Below, one piece after another: positions 38,222 to 46,526 of a DNA stretch of 64,000 bases (position 1 is its first letter; every line of letters begins with the position of its first letter). Source of the DNA: an uncultured archaeon. Lineage in GTDB: Archaea > Aenigmatarchaeota > Aenigmatarchaeia > QMZP01 > QMZT01. The notes under the pieces were generated by a model, which did no database searches, was not told the DNA's origin, and saw only the letters and a program-made list of their open reading frames with translations. Location: contig CAYFWU010000001.1 of NCBI GenBank assembly GCA_964347025.1, positions 26,081-90,080 on the forward strand. Direction: 5' to 3'. The position numbers and the translations under genes were made by a program.

Positions 38222-39907
38222 TTACTCTATAATTCCCAATCCTGTTGATGATTCAAGTAACTTCTTCACCTGTCTGGTTTTCGTTTTGTATGGGGGTAGA
38301 TTTTTGTTGACCCATTCCATTATGATTGAAGGTTCCTTGTAATATATGTTGATTAGTTTGCATACTTCCCTGTAATCTGTTATAGCGAACTTCCTCATCC
38401 ATTCCAGAATCTTCGCCCGGTTTTTTATCTCCTCCGTCATCTTTTCATAAGACATGCCCCTGTCGAAAGCGATTCTTTTCAGAAGATACGAAGTTTCAAA
38501 GTTAGATCCGAATGAATCTGTTGAAGGAACCCAATCAAATGTTTTTATTGTATGGGGGCTCCCTGTCTTCGGGTCAACTGATTCTATTTCCACTATACTT
38601 TTAACCCTCCTTGCAGATTTCCCCTTTTCCTTTGCATTGACCATTACTATCACGAGATCAAGGGTTTCTATCAAACTGGGGGATAGTTCTATTGGAGGGG
38701 TCTCCAAACGCTTGATAACGTCTTCTATTGAGCCGGCGTGTATAGTTCCTATAGACGAGTGTCCTGAAGCCATGCCCTGGAACATCACGTATGCCTCTTT
38801 ACCTCTGACTTCCCCAACTATAACGTAATCAGGATTCTGCCTGAATGATTCCTTAAGAAGTTCAAACAACGTAACCTCTCCGTACCTCTTTCCTGAAGCC
38901 TCTGGAACACCAAATCCAACTCTAGACACGCTTGGTATCCAATTTTCATGCGGAAGATTGAGCTCGCGGGTGTCTTCTATGGAAACGATTTTGTCTTCAG
39001 GCGGTATGAACATACTCATCGAATTCAAAAAAGTTGTTTTTCCGCTTGAAACACCACCACATATTAATGTCGAGGCCCTGGCTTCTGTAACCATCCAGAT
39101 GTATGCCATGAGTTCAGAGGAGGCCGTATTCAAATTTATAATGTCAATGGGCGAAAAGGGCTCTATACGAAACTTTCGAATGGAAAATGTTGGACCCTTA
39201 GTGGTTACATCCTTCGCTAAAGTTGCCTGAACCCTCGAACCATCTGGAAGTGAACCATCGAGAAGTGGTTTTGCATAGGATACGTATCTCCCACAACGTT
39301 CTGCCAACTTTATCACAAAATTGTTGAGGTAGCCGCCATCAGTGTAAACAATGTTGGTTTCAGTAGAACCAAACTTTCTGTGAACAACAAAAACAGGTAT
39401 CCCCAGGCCAGAACAACCTATGTCCTCTATGTACGGATCATGCAGAAGACCTTCGATCTCGTTGAAACCAACAAAATCCCTGTATATGTAATAGCTGATC
39501 TTGACATAGGTTTCTGAGCTCAAAACTATATTTTCATCCTCGAGTATACCTGCCAGCTTTTTCTGTATGTATTCGAATGTCTTTCCCCTGTCCTTTATCG
39601 CTGAGAGCTCAACATCTATTGTTTCAAGCAGATCCTTTTTCACGGTTTCCAGAACTTTTACCTCTCTTTCCGAAAGTTTGGGTTCTATAATGTTATATAC
39701 AAGACCCTTTTTTTCGGCGTCCCATTTTATCTTTGCATAAACAAACGGCTCAAGGAGCGGGTATTTTATATCAACTTCTGTCATTTTTTTGAGTGAGGGA
39801 AAAATTATTAGGTGTTTAGGTTCTTTGATCTCAACAACAGGATATTCTACCCTCCCTTTACCTTTCATTCTGTCTATCTTCTCTCTGAGAGCACCCCTCA
39901 AAGTCAT
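38222..39907 (-). CDS. FlaI/PilB-type secretion ATPase (T2SSE/VirB11 family) of an archaeal type IV filament system
   Basis: Walker A LICGGVSSGKTT, Asp box, Walker B IVGEVRG, and a His box. Length 561 aa. Confidence 0.8.
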   Translation of the reverse strand: MTLRGALREKIDRMKGKGRVEYPVVEIKEPKHLIIFPSLKKMTEVDIKYPLLEPFVYAKIKWDAEKKGLVYNIIEPKLSEREVKVLETVKKDLLETIDVELSAIKDRGKTFEYIQKKLAGILEDENIVLSSETYVKISYYIYRDFVGFNEIEGLLHDPYIEDIGCSGLGIPVFVVHRKFGSTETNIVYTDGGYLNNFVIKLAERCGRYVSYAKPLLDGSLPDGSRVQATLAKDVTTKGPTFSIRKFRIEPFSPIDIINLNTASSELMAYIWMVTEARASTLICGGVSSGKTTFLNSMSMFIPPEDKIVSIEDTRELNLPHENWIPSVSRVGFGVPEASGKRYGEVTLFELLKESFRQNPDYVIVGEVRGKEAYVMFQGMASGHSSIGTIHAGSIEDVIKRLETPPIELSPSLIETLDLVIVMVNAKEKGKSARRVKSIVEIESVDPKTGSPHTIKTFDWVPSTDSFGSNFETSYLLKRIAFDRGMSYEKMTEEIKNRAKILEWMRKFAITDYREVCKLINIYYKEPSIIMEWVNKNLPPYKTKTRQVKKLLESSTGLGIIE

Positions 39908-39912
39908 TTGAC

Positions 39913-40173
39913 CTACTTCCTTTTAGTCTTCTTTACAATTTTTCTATGCCGAGCGCAACCAGGGCATGCATAAATCTTTGTTGAGGACAGAGAAAATCTC
40001 CTTCTGCCTAAATCCTTCCTTAGAGAAGGATCGGATATGGAAAACCCTCTATATACGACGAACGTCTTGTATTTCGGAACCTTTCTCCCACAAAAACCAC
40101 ACGTAACAATAGTTTCTCTCCCCCTTGTTTTTGTGTGGTGCCACCCTCTTCTGTAAGCCTCTTTTCTAGCCAT
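39913..40173 (-). CDS. rps26e: ribosomal protein eS26
   Basis: Pattern GRETIVTCGFCGRKVPKYKTFVV...KIYACPGCARHRKIVKK matches eS26 (GRGHV.[22 protein letters not shown]...LHYCVSCAIHSKVVRNRS). Confidence 0.6.
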   Translation of the reverse strand: MARKEAYRRGWHHTKTRGRETIVTCGFCGRKVPKYKTFVVYRGFSISDPSLRKDLGRRRFSLSSTKIYACPGCARHRKIVKKTKRK

Positions 40174-40267
40174 ACAATCTACACCTCTCTAATTTAATAT
40201 ATAAACCGATATGATATATAAGGAATGATTTAATAAGGACAATACAACACTTTAGAGGAGGGTCTAG

Positions 40268-41674
40268 ATGAAGGATAAGCTGAAAAAAATAAGTGAATAC
40301 GAATGGGAACTAGATAAAAATGTTAGACCTAAGATGAACGTGAAGGCAAAGATCATCGGAAACAAAATGGTGGTCGATTCGCTCGAAGATGCCGCTGTCC
40401 AGCAGTTAACCAACGTCGCGACACTTCCTGGTATTATAGAACCTGTGATAGGACTTCCGGACATGCATTGGGGATACGGTTTGCCAATGGGAGCTGTGAG
40501 CGCTTTCGATTCCAAAGAGGGAATAATATCTTCCGGCCTTTGCGGTTTCGACATAAACTGCGGCGTGAACTCGATAAGGACGAGCCTATCTTATGATCAG
40601 GTCAAACCAAAATTAAACGAGTTAATCTCAGCATTGTTTAAAAATATTCCATGCGGTGTGGGAGCGAAGGGGAAACTGAAACTAACGAATGATCAATTGG
40701 ATCAGGTCCTAACTAGGGGGATAGAGTGGGCAATAGAAAATGGTTTCGGAACAAAAAGAGACAAAGAGCATATGGAAGAGAACGGAAGAATGGAGGGTGG
40801 AGATCCTTCGAAGGTATCGGACCTTGCAAAGAAGAGAGGACTCCAACAGCTCGGGACGCTCGGAGCTGGAAACCACTTCCTTGAAATACAAAGGGTTTCT
40901 GATATTTATGATGAAGAGAAAGCTAGAGAATGGGGAATTGAAAAAAAAGATCAGGTCGTGTTGATGCTGCATTGCGGTTCCCGCGGTCTAGGCCACCAGG
41001 TGGCGAGTGATTATTTGAAGATACAGGAACAGGCCGTAAAGAAATACAACATCTGGCTCCCTGACCGACAGTTGGCGTGCGCGCCCGCTAGCTCCCGGGA
41101 GGGCCAAGACTATTTTTCTGCAATGGTATGCGCCGTTAACTACTCGTTCACTAACCGTTTGGTCATGACTCATTGGATCCGCGAGACCTTTGAAAAGGTC
41201 TTCGGCATGGATTGGGAATCAATGAACATGCAAACCATATACGGATTATGTCATAATGTGGTGAAACTGGAAGAACACACTATAAACGGAGAAAAACGAA
41301 AAGTGTTTGTCCACAGAAAGGGATCGACACGCTCCTTCCCGAATGATCCCGTTCTTATTGCAGGAACAATGGGAACGTCGAGCTATCTTCTGAAGGGGAC
41401 TGAGAAAGCGATGGAGAAGACCTTCGGGTCAACTGTTCACGGAGCAGGTCGTGCAATGTCGAGGCATGCCGCCATACGCAAATTCTGGGGAGGGAAGGTA
41501 AAGGAAGACCTTGCAAGCAAAGGGATCGTTGCCCAATCAACCCACCCCAAGGTCTTGGCTGAAGAGGCCCCAGGTGCCTACAAAAACGTGGACGATGTGA
41601 TAGAAAGCGTGCACGGAATAGGAATTTCTTTGAAGGTAGCTAAAACAATTCCAATAGGGGTCTGCAAAGGATAA
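40268..41674 (+). CDS. rtcB: RtcB RNA-splicing ligase
   Basis: LGTLGAGNHFLEIQ, MLHCGSRGLGHQV, and HNV are the conserved metal-binding motifs. Length 468 aa. Confidence 0.9.
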   Translation: MKDKLKKISEYEWELDKNVRPKMNVKAKIIGNKMVVDSLEDAAVQQLTNVATLPGIIEPVIGLPDMHWGYGLPMGAVSAFDSKEGIISSGLCGFDINCGVNSIRTSLSYDQVKPKLNELISALFKNIPCGVGAKGKLKLTNDQLDQVLTRGIEWAIENGFGTKRDKEHMEENGRMEGGDPSKVSDLAKKRGLQQLGTLGAGNHFLEIQRVSDIYDEEKAREWGIEKKDQVVLMLHCGSRGLGHQVASDYLKIQEQAVKKYNIWLPDRQLACAPASSREGQDYFSAMVCAVNYSFTNRLVMTHWIRETFEKVFGMDWESMNMQTIYGLCHNVVKLEEHTINGEKRKVFVHRKGSTRSFPNDPVLIAGTMGTSSYLLKGTEKAMEKTFGSTVHGAGRAMSRHAAIRKFWGGKVKEDLASKGIVAQSTHPKVLAEEAPGAYKNVDDVIESVHGIGISLKVAKTIPIGVCKG

Positions 41675-41712
41675 AAAGCAAAGGACATACATCAAAGATG
41701 CATGTCAACTGA

Positions 41713-42123
41713 TCATATATCTAAACTGACAGTTACCTTATAACCCTTATCCGTTTTTTCCACGCCGAACTTATGATACGTAACCCCTTTGACCAGCGTG
41801 CCTCCCTTATCCTTGCTTATCATCTCACCATAACACTTTGCCTTCAGATGCCTATCGCTGATATCTGGTATTTCGAACCTTGAAAAGAACATCTCCTCTG
41901 TATCCACAAGGCTTATGAGTTCCTGTAACCAGTTCAACATAAGGTCTTTCGTATCCTTCCCTTCAACTTCAATTCCCCTCTCCACCTTCGGTTCCACCCT
42001 TTCTATCTGACATACCACACTGAAGAGCGCGAGGGCAGCATTAACGAAAAGCTCTTTCAGATCCTTGCCATACGCCTCAAAAAGAACATCTGACGTTAGA
42101 TCATCTACGAACCTGTACTTCAT
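41713..42123 (-). CDS. archease (RtcB cofactor)
   Basis: 136 aa with N-terminus MKYRFVDDLTSDVLFEAYGKDLKELF and C-terminus YHKFGVEKTD. It is adjacent to rtcB. Confidence 0.8.
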   Translation of the reverse strand: MKYRFVDDLTSDVLFEAYGKDLKELFVNAALALFSVVCQIERVEPKVERGIEVEGKDTKDLMLNWLQELISLVDTEEMFFSRFEIPDISDRHLKAKCYGEMISKDKGGTLVKGVTYHKFGVEKTDKGYKVTVSLDI

Positions 42124-42175
42124 GAATATCCTAGAAAGATTTACGATTGTTTAAATAAAAAAACAGGGGTTTTAC

Positions 42176-42619
42176 TTAGTAAGCTGGGAAACCGAGCCCC
42201 CTTATATCGTACTTACCTATGAGATCTTGTGCCCCCCTGCACTGCAAGGATTGTATAACGACTTTTTCAAGATTGTCAGCTGCTGGGAAAACTACTGTTT
42301 TTATATCCTGAGATATTATTTCAAGATTCTCCAGACCAGTTCTCTCCGAAGCTACTGTATTATTTTCATAGGTTATTCTTGCAACAAAGCCCTTCAAAGG
42401 AACATCACCTGTATTGAACAACGCTACGGTAAGGTTCTTCGTCGAGTTATCGAAGTTCGCATTCTGAATAAGCAATTGAGCCCTAGCGCAGAACTGAAGT
42501 TCCTCCCTCTGCTGGGTAACGAAAGTGGTTGCCCAACCAGCTAGAATTCCTGCAACTATCATGGTAAACGCTATCAACATTATCACTGCAATAAGAGGGG
42601 ATATACCCTTTCTCCTCAT
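42176..42619 (-). CDS. archaeal type IV pilin-like protein (class III signal peptide)
   Basis: N-terminus MRRKGISPLIAVIMLIAFTMIVAGILAGW. Confidence 0.5.
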   Translation of the reverse strand: MRRKGISPLIAVIMLIAFTMIVAGILAGWATTFVTQQREELQFCARAQLLIQNANFDNSTKNLTVALFNTGDVPLKGFVARITYENNTVASERTGLENLEIISQDIKTVVFPAADNLEKVVIQSLQCRGAQDLIGKYDIRGLGFPAY

Positions 42620-42623
42620 CTCA

Positions 42624-43112
42624 TCACTCCTTAATTATATCCTTTTTAGGAATCTTGGCTGAAAATGCAGGGCATGCCTTATTGAAGACAGTTACCTCTT
42701 CCGCCGTTCTCGCCAGCTCCGCGTAGTCACCCTGCGTTCCGTTAAGATCGACAACTATTATGGCAGATCTCTGTTCAGTTAAAGGATATTCCTTGCTTAG
42801 ATTTGGTGTTACCTTTATATCAGAGCTTGTATCGTTGTAGGTAACTATGTTGGTTAAATTCATTATTTGTACACTGAACCCGTAGATCTGTATAGTACCC
42901 AAGTTTTTAACAACCATTGTAAGATTTTTATTGTTGCTGGTGTATGTCGCTGACTCTATATTGTAGTTCGTTAATGCCACACACTGAGTCGTCACACCTG
43001 TTTGACTTGTAACCCAATGGGTCACCCAAGATGATATCATCACCCCAACTGCAACACTTATTGCTATTAGCACGACGGCAGCTATTATAGGGGAAATTCC
43101 CTTCATGCCCAT
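42624..43112 (-). CDS. archaeal type IV pilin-like protein (class III signal peptide)
   Basis: N-terminus MGMKGISPIIAAVVLIAISVAVGVMISSW, in tandem with the previous pilin. Confidence 0.5.
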   Translation of the reverse strand: MGMKGISPIIAAVVLIAISVAVGVMISSWVTHWVTSQTGVTTQCVALTNYNIESATYTSNNKNLTMVVKNLGTIQIYGFSVQIMNLTNIVTYNDTSSDIKVTPNLSKEYPLTEQRSAIIVVDLNGTQGDYAELARTAEEVTVFNKACPAFSAKIPKKDIIKE

Positions 43113-43241
43113 AATATAAGATTTGAACTAGCTCATTAATAAAAGTTTAAAACACCAAATTCCGTTTAAGACAACCATCGAACATTTGATATAAACTTAT
43201 AAATAAAGGATAATACAAAATCTCTATTTATGTGAACAGTT

Positions 43242-45848
43242 ATGAGAAAAATGGTTTACCTTTTTGGAGAGAAGGGAAAGGAGAGCAAGAAACTGCTTGG
43301 CGGTAAAGGAGCGAACTTGGGAGAAATGACAAAGATAGGCCTTCCAGTTCCACCTGGATTTACCATATCAACCCGTGTATGCATGGACTTCATAAAAACT
43401 AAAAAATACCCTAAAGGCTTGGAGAAGCAAATTGATTCGAACCTGAGGAGACTTGAAGTTAAGATGAAAAGAAGGTTTGGGAAGGAGGAAAGGCCTCTAC
43501 TCGTTTCTGTCAGGTCGGGAGCTCCTGTTTCCATGCCAGGCATGATGGATAGCGTTCTAAACCTTGGTCTAAACGAAAAAACCATGAAAGGCCTTGAAAG
43601 AGAGAGCGGAGATTTACGATTCGCGTGGGATTCTTACAGGAGGTTCATTCAGATGTTTAGTGACGTTGTTTTGGGTGTGGAACATGCAAAATTTGAGAAA
43701 GTTCTTAACAGATACAAGAGAGGAAGGAACGATACGGACCTCAGACCAGAAGAACTCAAAAGGATTGTTAATGGTTATAAAAATCTCGTTAGGAAAGAGA
43801 CAGGGAAAGAATTCCCTTCAGATCCGAAGAAACAACTCAAAATGTCGATTGACGCGGTATTTCGTTCCTGGGACAACAAGCGTGCGAAAATATACAGAAA
43901 ACTCCACGGCATACCCGATGACATGGGGACTGCTGTCAATGTTCAGGTAATGGTTTTCGGAAACCTGGGGAAGGATTCTGCAACGGGCGTGGGATTCACG
44001 AGAAACCCTTCTACTGGGGAAAACAAGCCCTATGGTGAATATCTAATCAATGCCCAGGGCGAGGATGTGGTTGCTGGTATAAGGACACCAAAACCAATAT
44101 CCCAACTCAGGAAGGACCTGCCGAAGGCATACAAAAGTTTAATGAAGGTGTACAAACTCCTTGACAGACATTACAGGGACATGCAGGACATGGAGTTTAC
44201 AGTCGAAAAAGGAAAACTTTTCGTTTTGCAGACCAGAACAGGTAAGCGAACTGCGCAGGCAGCAGTTAAAATCGCGGTTGATCTGGTAAAGGAGAAGATG
44301 ATAACCAAGGAGGAAGCGATAATGAGAATAGACCCCGTGCAAATTGATCAATTATTGCACAAACAGCTTGATCCGAAAGAGAAGGAAAAGGCAAAGGTTA
44401 TTGCGAAAGGACTTCCAGCATCTCCGGGAGCCGCCGTAGGTGTCGTGTGTTTCACGGCAGAGCACGCGGAACAACTCGCCTCCAAGGGAAGGGATGTTAT
44501 ACTTGTAAGGAATGAAACATCCCCTGAAGACATCGGGGGCATGTCCGCTTCGAAGGGGATACTCACGGCAAGAGGAGGAATGACATCGCATGCAGCCGTA
44601 GTTGCCCGGGGAATGGGAACATGTTGCGTGGCAGGCTGTGAGAGTATAATAATAAATGAAAAAAAGAAGACCCTCACGGTAGGCAGCATCAAAATTAAAG
44701 AAGGTGACTGGATCACGCTCGAAGGGGGAACAGGGGAAGTAATTATTGGCAAAGTCCCTGTCGTTGACCCTGAGATGAAGGGGGAATTCAAAACCCTTAT
44801 GAAATGGGTTGACCACATCAGGCGTTTGAAGGTAAGAACCAATGCCGATACACCATCAGACTCGAGGAGAGCTCGGAATTTCGGGGCAGAAGGGACCGGC
44901 CTGTGCAGGACAGAACACATGTTTTTCGAAGGAAAGAGAATAGATGCTGTCAGAGAGATGATATTGGCAGGGGATGAGAAAGGGAGGAGGAAGGCCCTGA
45001 AAAAACTCCTTCCAATGCAGATGAACGATTTCGTGGGAATATTCAGGGAGATGAACGGTCTGCCTGTTACCATTCGCTTGCTTGATCCCCCACTTCACGA
45101 GTTTCTTCCAAAAGAAGACCCTGAAATACGTTCCCTAGCGAAGCGTATGAAGATGGGGTTTCAAAAACTAAAAAACAAGGTCAACTCACTGAGCGAGTTC
45201 AACCCGATGCTGGGATTCAGGGGCTGTAGGCTGGGGGTTGTATACCCCGAGATATCAGAAATGCAGGTGGAGGCCATAATAAGAGCGGCGATAAAGATAA
45301 ACAAGAGCGGTGGCAAAGCGTTGCCGGAAATAGAGATCCCTGTTTTAGGGATTCTAGAGGAAGCAAAGTTGCTGAGGAAAATTATAGATAAGGTTGCAAA
45401 AGGTTTAATCAAAGAATCCAAGGTTAACGTTAAATACAAGGTTGGAACAATGGTTGAACTCCCAAGGGCATGCGTCGTAGCGGTTGAGCTGGCAAAGGTC
45501 TTGGAGTTCTTCTCTTTCGGGACGAATGACCTGACCCAAACAACCTATGGATTCTCAAGGGATGATGCTGGTAAATTCATACCAAAATACATAGAGAAAG
45601 GGATCCTTAGGCACGATCCTTTTCAGGTGCTGGACAGGGAAGGTGTCGGTCACCTTATGAAAACATGTGTAGATCTCGCCAGAAAGGCTAACCCTAAGAT
45701 AGAAATAGGAATTTGCGGCGAGCACGGAGGAGAACCAAATTCAGTTGAATTCTGCCATTTGATAGGGATTGACTACGTTTCCTGCTCACCCTTCCGCGTA
45801 CCCATCGCCCGGCTCGCGGCTGCGCAGGCCAAAATAAAGAACGGATAA
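43242..45848 (+). CDS. ppdK: pyruvate, phosphate dikinase
   Basis: N-terminal ATP-grasp GGKGANLGEM, the phospho-His region GGMTSHAAVVARGMG, and a C-terminal PEP-utilising TIM barrel. Length 868 aa. Confidence 0.9.
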   Translation: MRKMVYLFGEKGKESKKLLGGKGANLGEMTKIGLPVPPGFTISTRVCMDFIKTKKYPKGLEKQIDSNLRRLEVKMKRRFGKEERPLLVSVRSGAPVSMPGMMDSVLNLGLNEKTMKGLERESGDLRFAWDSYRRFIQMFSDVVLGVEHAKFEKVLNRYKRGRNDTDLRPEELKRIVNGYKNLVRKETGKEFPSDPKKQLKMSIDAVFRSWDNKRAKIYRKLHGIPDDMGTAVNVQVMVFGNLGKDSATGVGFTRNPSTGENKPYGEYLINAQGEDVVAGIRTPKPISQLRKDLPKAYKSLMKVYKLLDRHYRDMQDMEFTVEKGKLFVLQTRTGKRTAQAAVKIAVDLVKEKMITKEEAIMRIDPVQIDQLLHKQLDPKEKEKAKVIAKGLPASPGAAVGVVCFTAEHAEQLASKGRDVILVRNETSPEDIGGMSASKGILTARGGMTSHAAVVARGMGTCCVAGCESIIINEKKKTLTVGSIKIKEGDWITLEGGTGEVIIGKVPVVDPEMKGEFKTLMKWVDHIRRLKVRTNADTPSDSRRARNFGAEGTGLCRTEHMFFEGKRIDAVREMILAGDEKGRRKALKKLLPMQMNDFVGIFREMNGLPVTIRLLDPPLHEFLPKEDPEIRSLAKRMKMGFQKLKNKVNSLSEFNPMLGFRGCRLGVVYPEISEMQVEAIIRAAIKINKSGGKALPEIEIPVLGILEEAKLLRKIIDKVAKGLIKESKVNVKYKVGTMVELPRACVVAVELAKVLEFFSFGTNDLTQTTYGFSRDDAGKFIPKYIEKGILRHDPFQVLDREGVGHLMKTCVDLARKANPKIEIGICGEHGGEPNSVEFCHLIGIDYVSCSPFRVPIARLAAAQAKIKNG

Positions 45849-45915
45849 TATAGATTTCAATAGAAATTTTTCAACATAAAAACGCTTAAATAACTTCGAT
45901 TGATATTTAAAATTA

Positions 45916-46470
45916 GTGGTTGCCATGGTTAAAGTAAAGGAGATAATGAAAAAGCATGTCGTAACGATAGACCCTGATGTAACAATGTCAACAGTAGCGA
46001 AGATACTCACCAACAACAGGATAGGTTCAGCTGTTATAGTTGAAAAGGAGAAGCCCATAGGAATGGTGACAACCAATGACATAGTGACCCTGATAGCAAC
46101 CAACAAGGACCCAAAGAAGATAAAGGCCGGAAAATTCTGGAGAGACAGGAAGAGGCCATTCATAACAGTTTCACCTGATGAGAATGTATTGAGTGTCGCT
46201 AAAAAAATGATAAAGAGCGGTCTGAAGAGATTCCCCATAGTAAAGGACGGCAAGCTGAAGGGCATAGTTTCAACCAAGGAAATCCTTTTGGTCTCACCAG
46301 AACTTATAGAACTTCTTTCCGAGAAACTGAAGGCAAAGGTGGATGCTGTCGCAAGGCCTGATCAAGCAATCTCTGGACTCTGTGAAAGATGCGATTCCTA
46401 TTCAGACGACCTGAGAAACATAGATGGTAGATGGGTCTGTTCAGAATGCAGTGAAAGAACGGAAGAGTGA
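45916..46470 (+). CDS. CBS-pair protein with a C-terminal Zn ribbon
   Basis: Two CBS repeats plus CERCDSY...CSEC. Confidence 0.6.
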   Translation: MVAMVKVKEIMKKHVVTIDPDVTMSTVAKILTNNRIGSAVIVEKEKPIGMVTTNDIVTLIATNKDPKKIKAGKFWRDRKRPFITVSPDENVLSVAKKMIKSGLKRFPIVKDGKLKGIVSTKEILLVSPELIELLSEKLKAKVDAVARPDQAISGLCERCDSYSDDLRNIDGRWVCSECSERTEE

Positions 46471-46526
46471 AAGTTTAAACGTATGTTTAAACATATATAT
46501 TTTAGTGTATAATTCCAGATTTCTTT

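Noticed and set aside
44348-45073. 241-aa and overlapping 154-aa minus-strand ORFs
   Set aside because: They are inside and antisense to pyruvate phosphate dikinase, which has unambiguous motifs.
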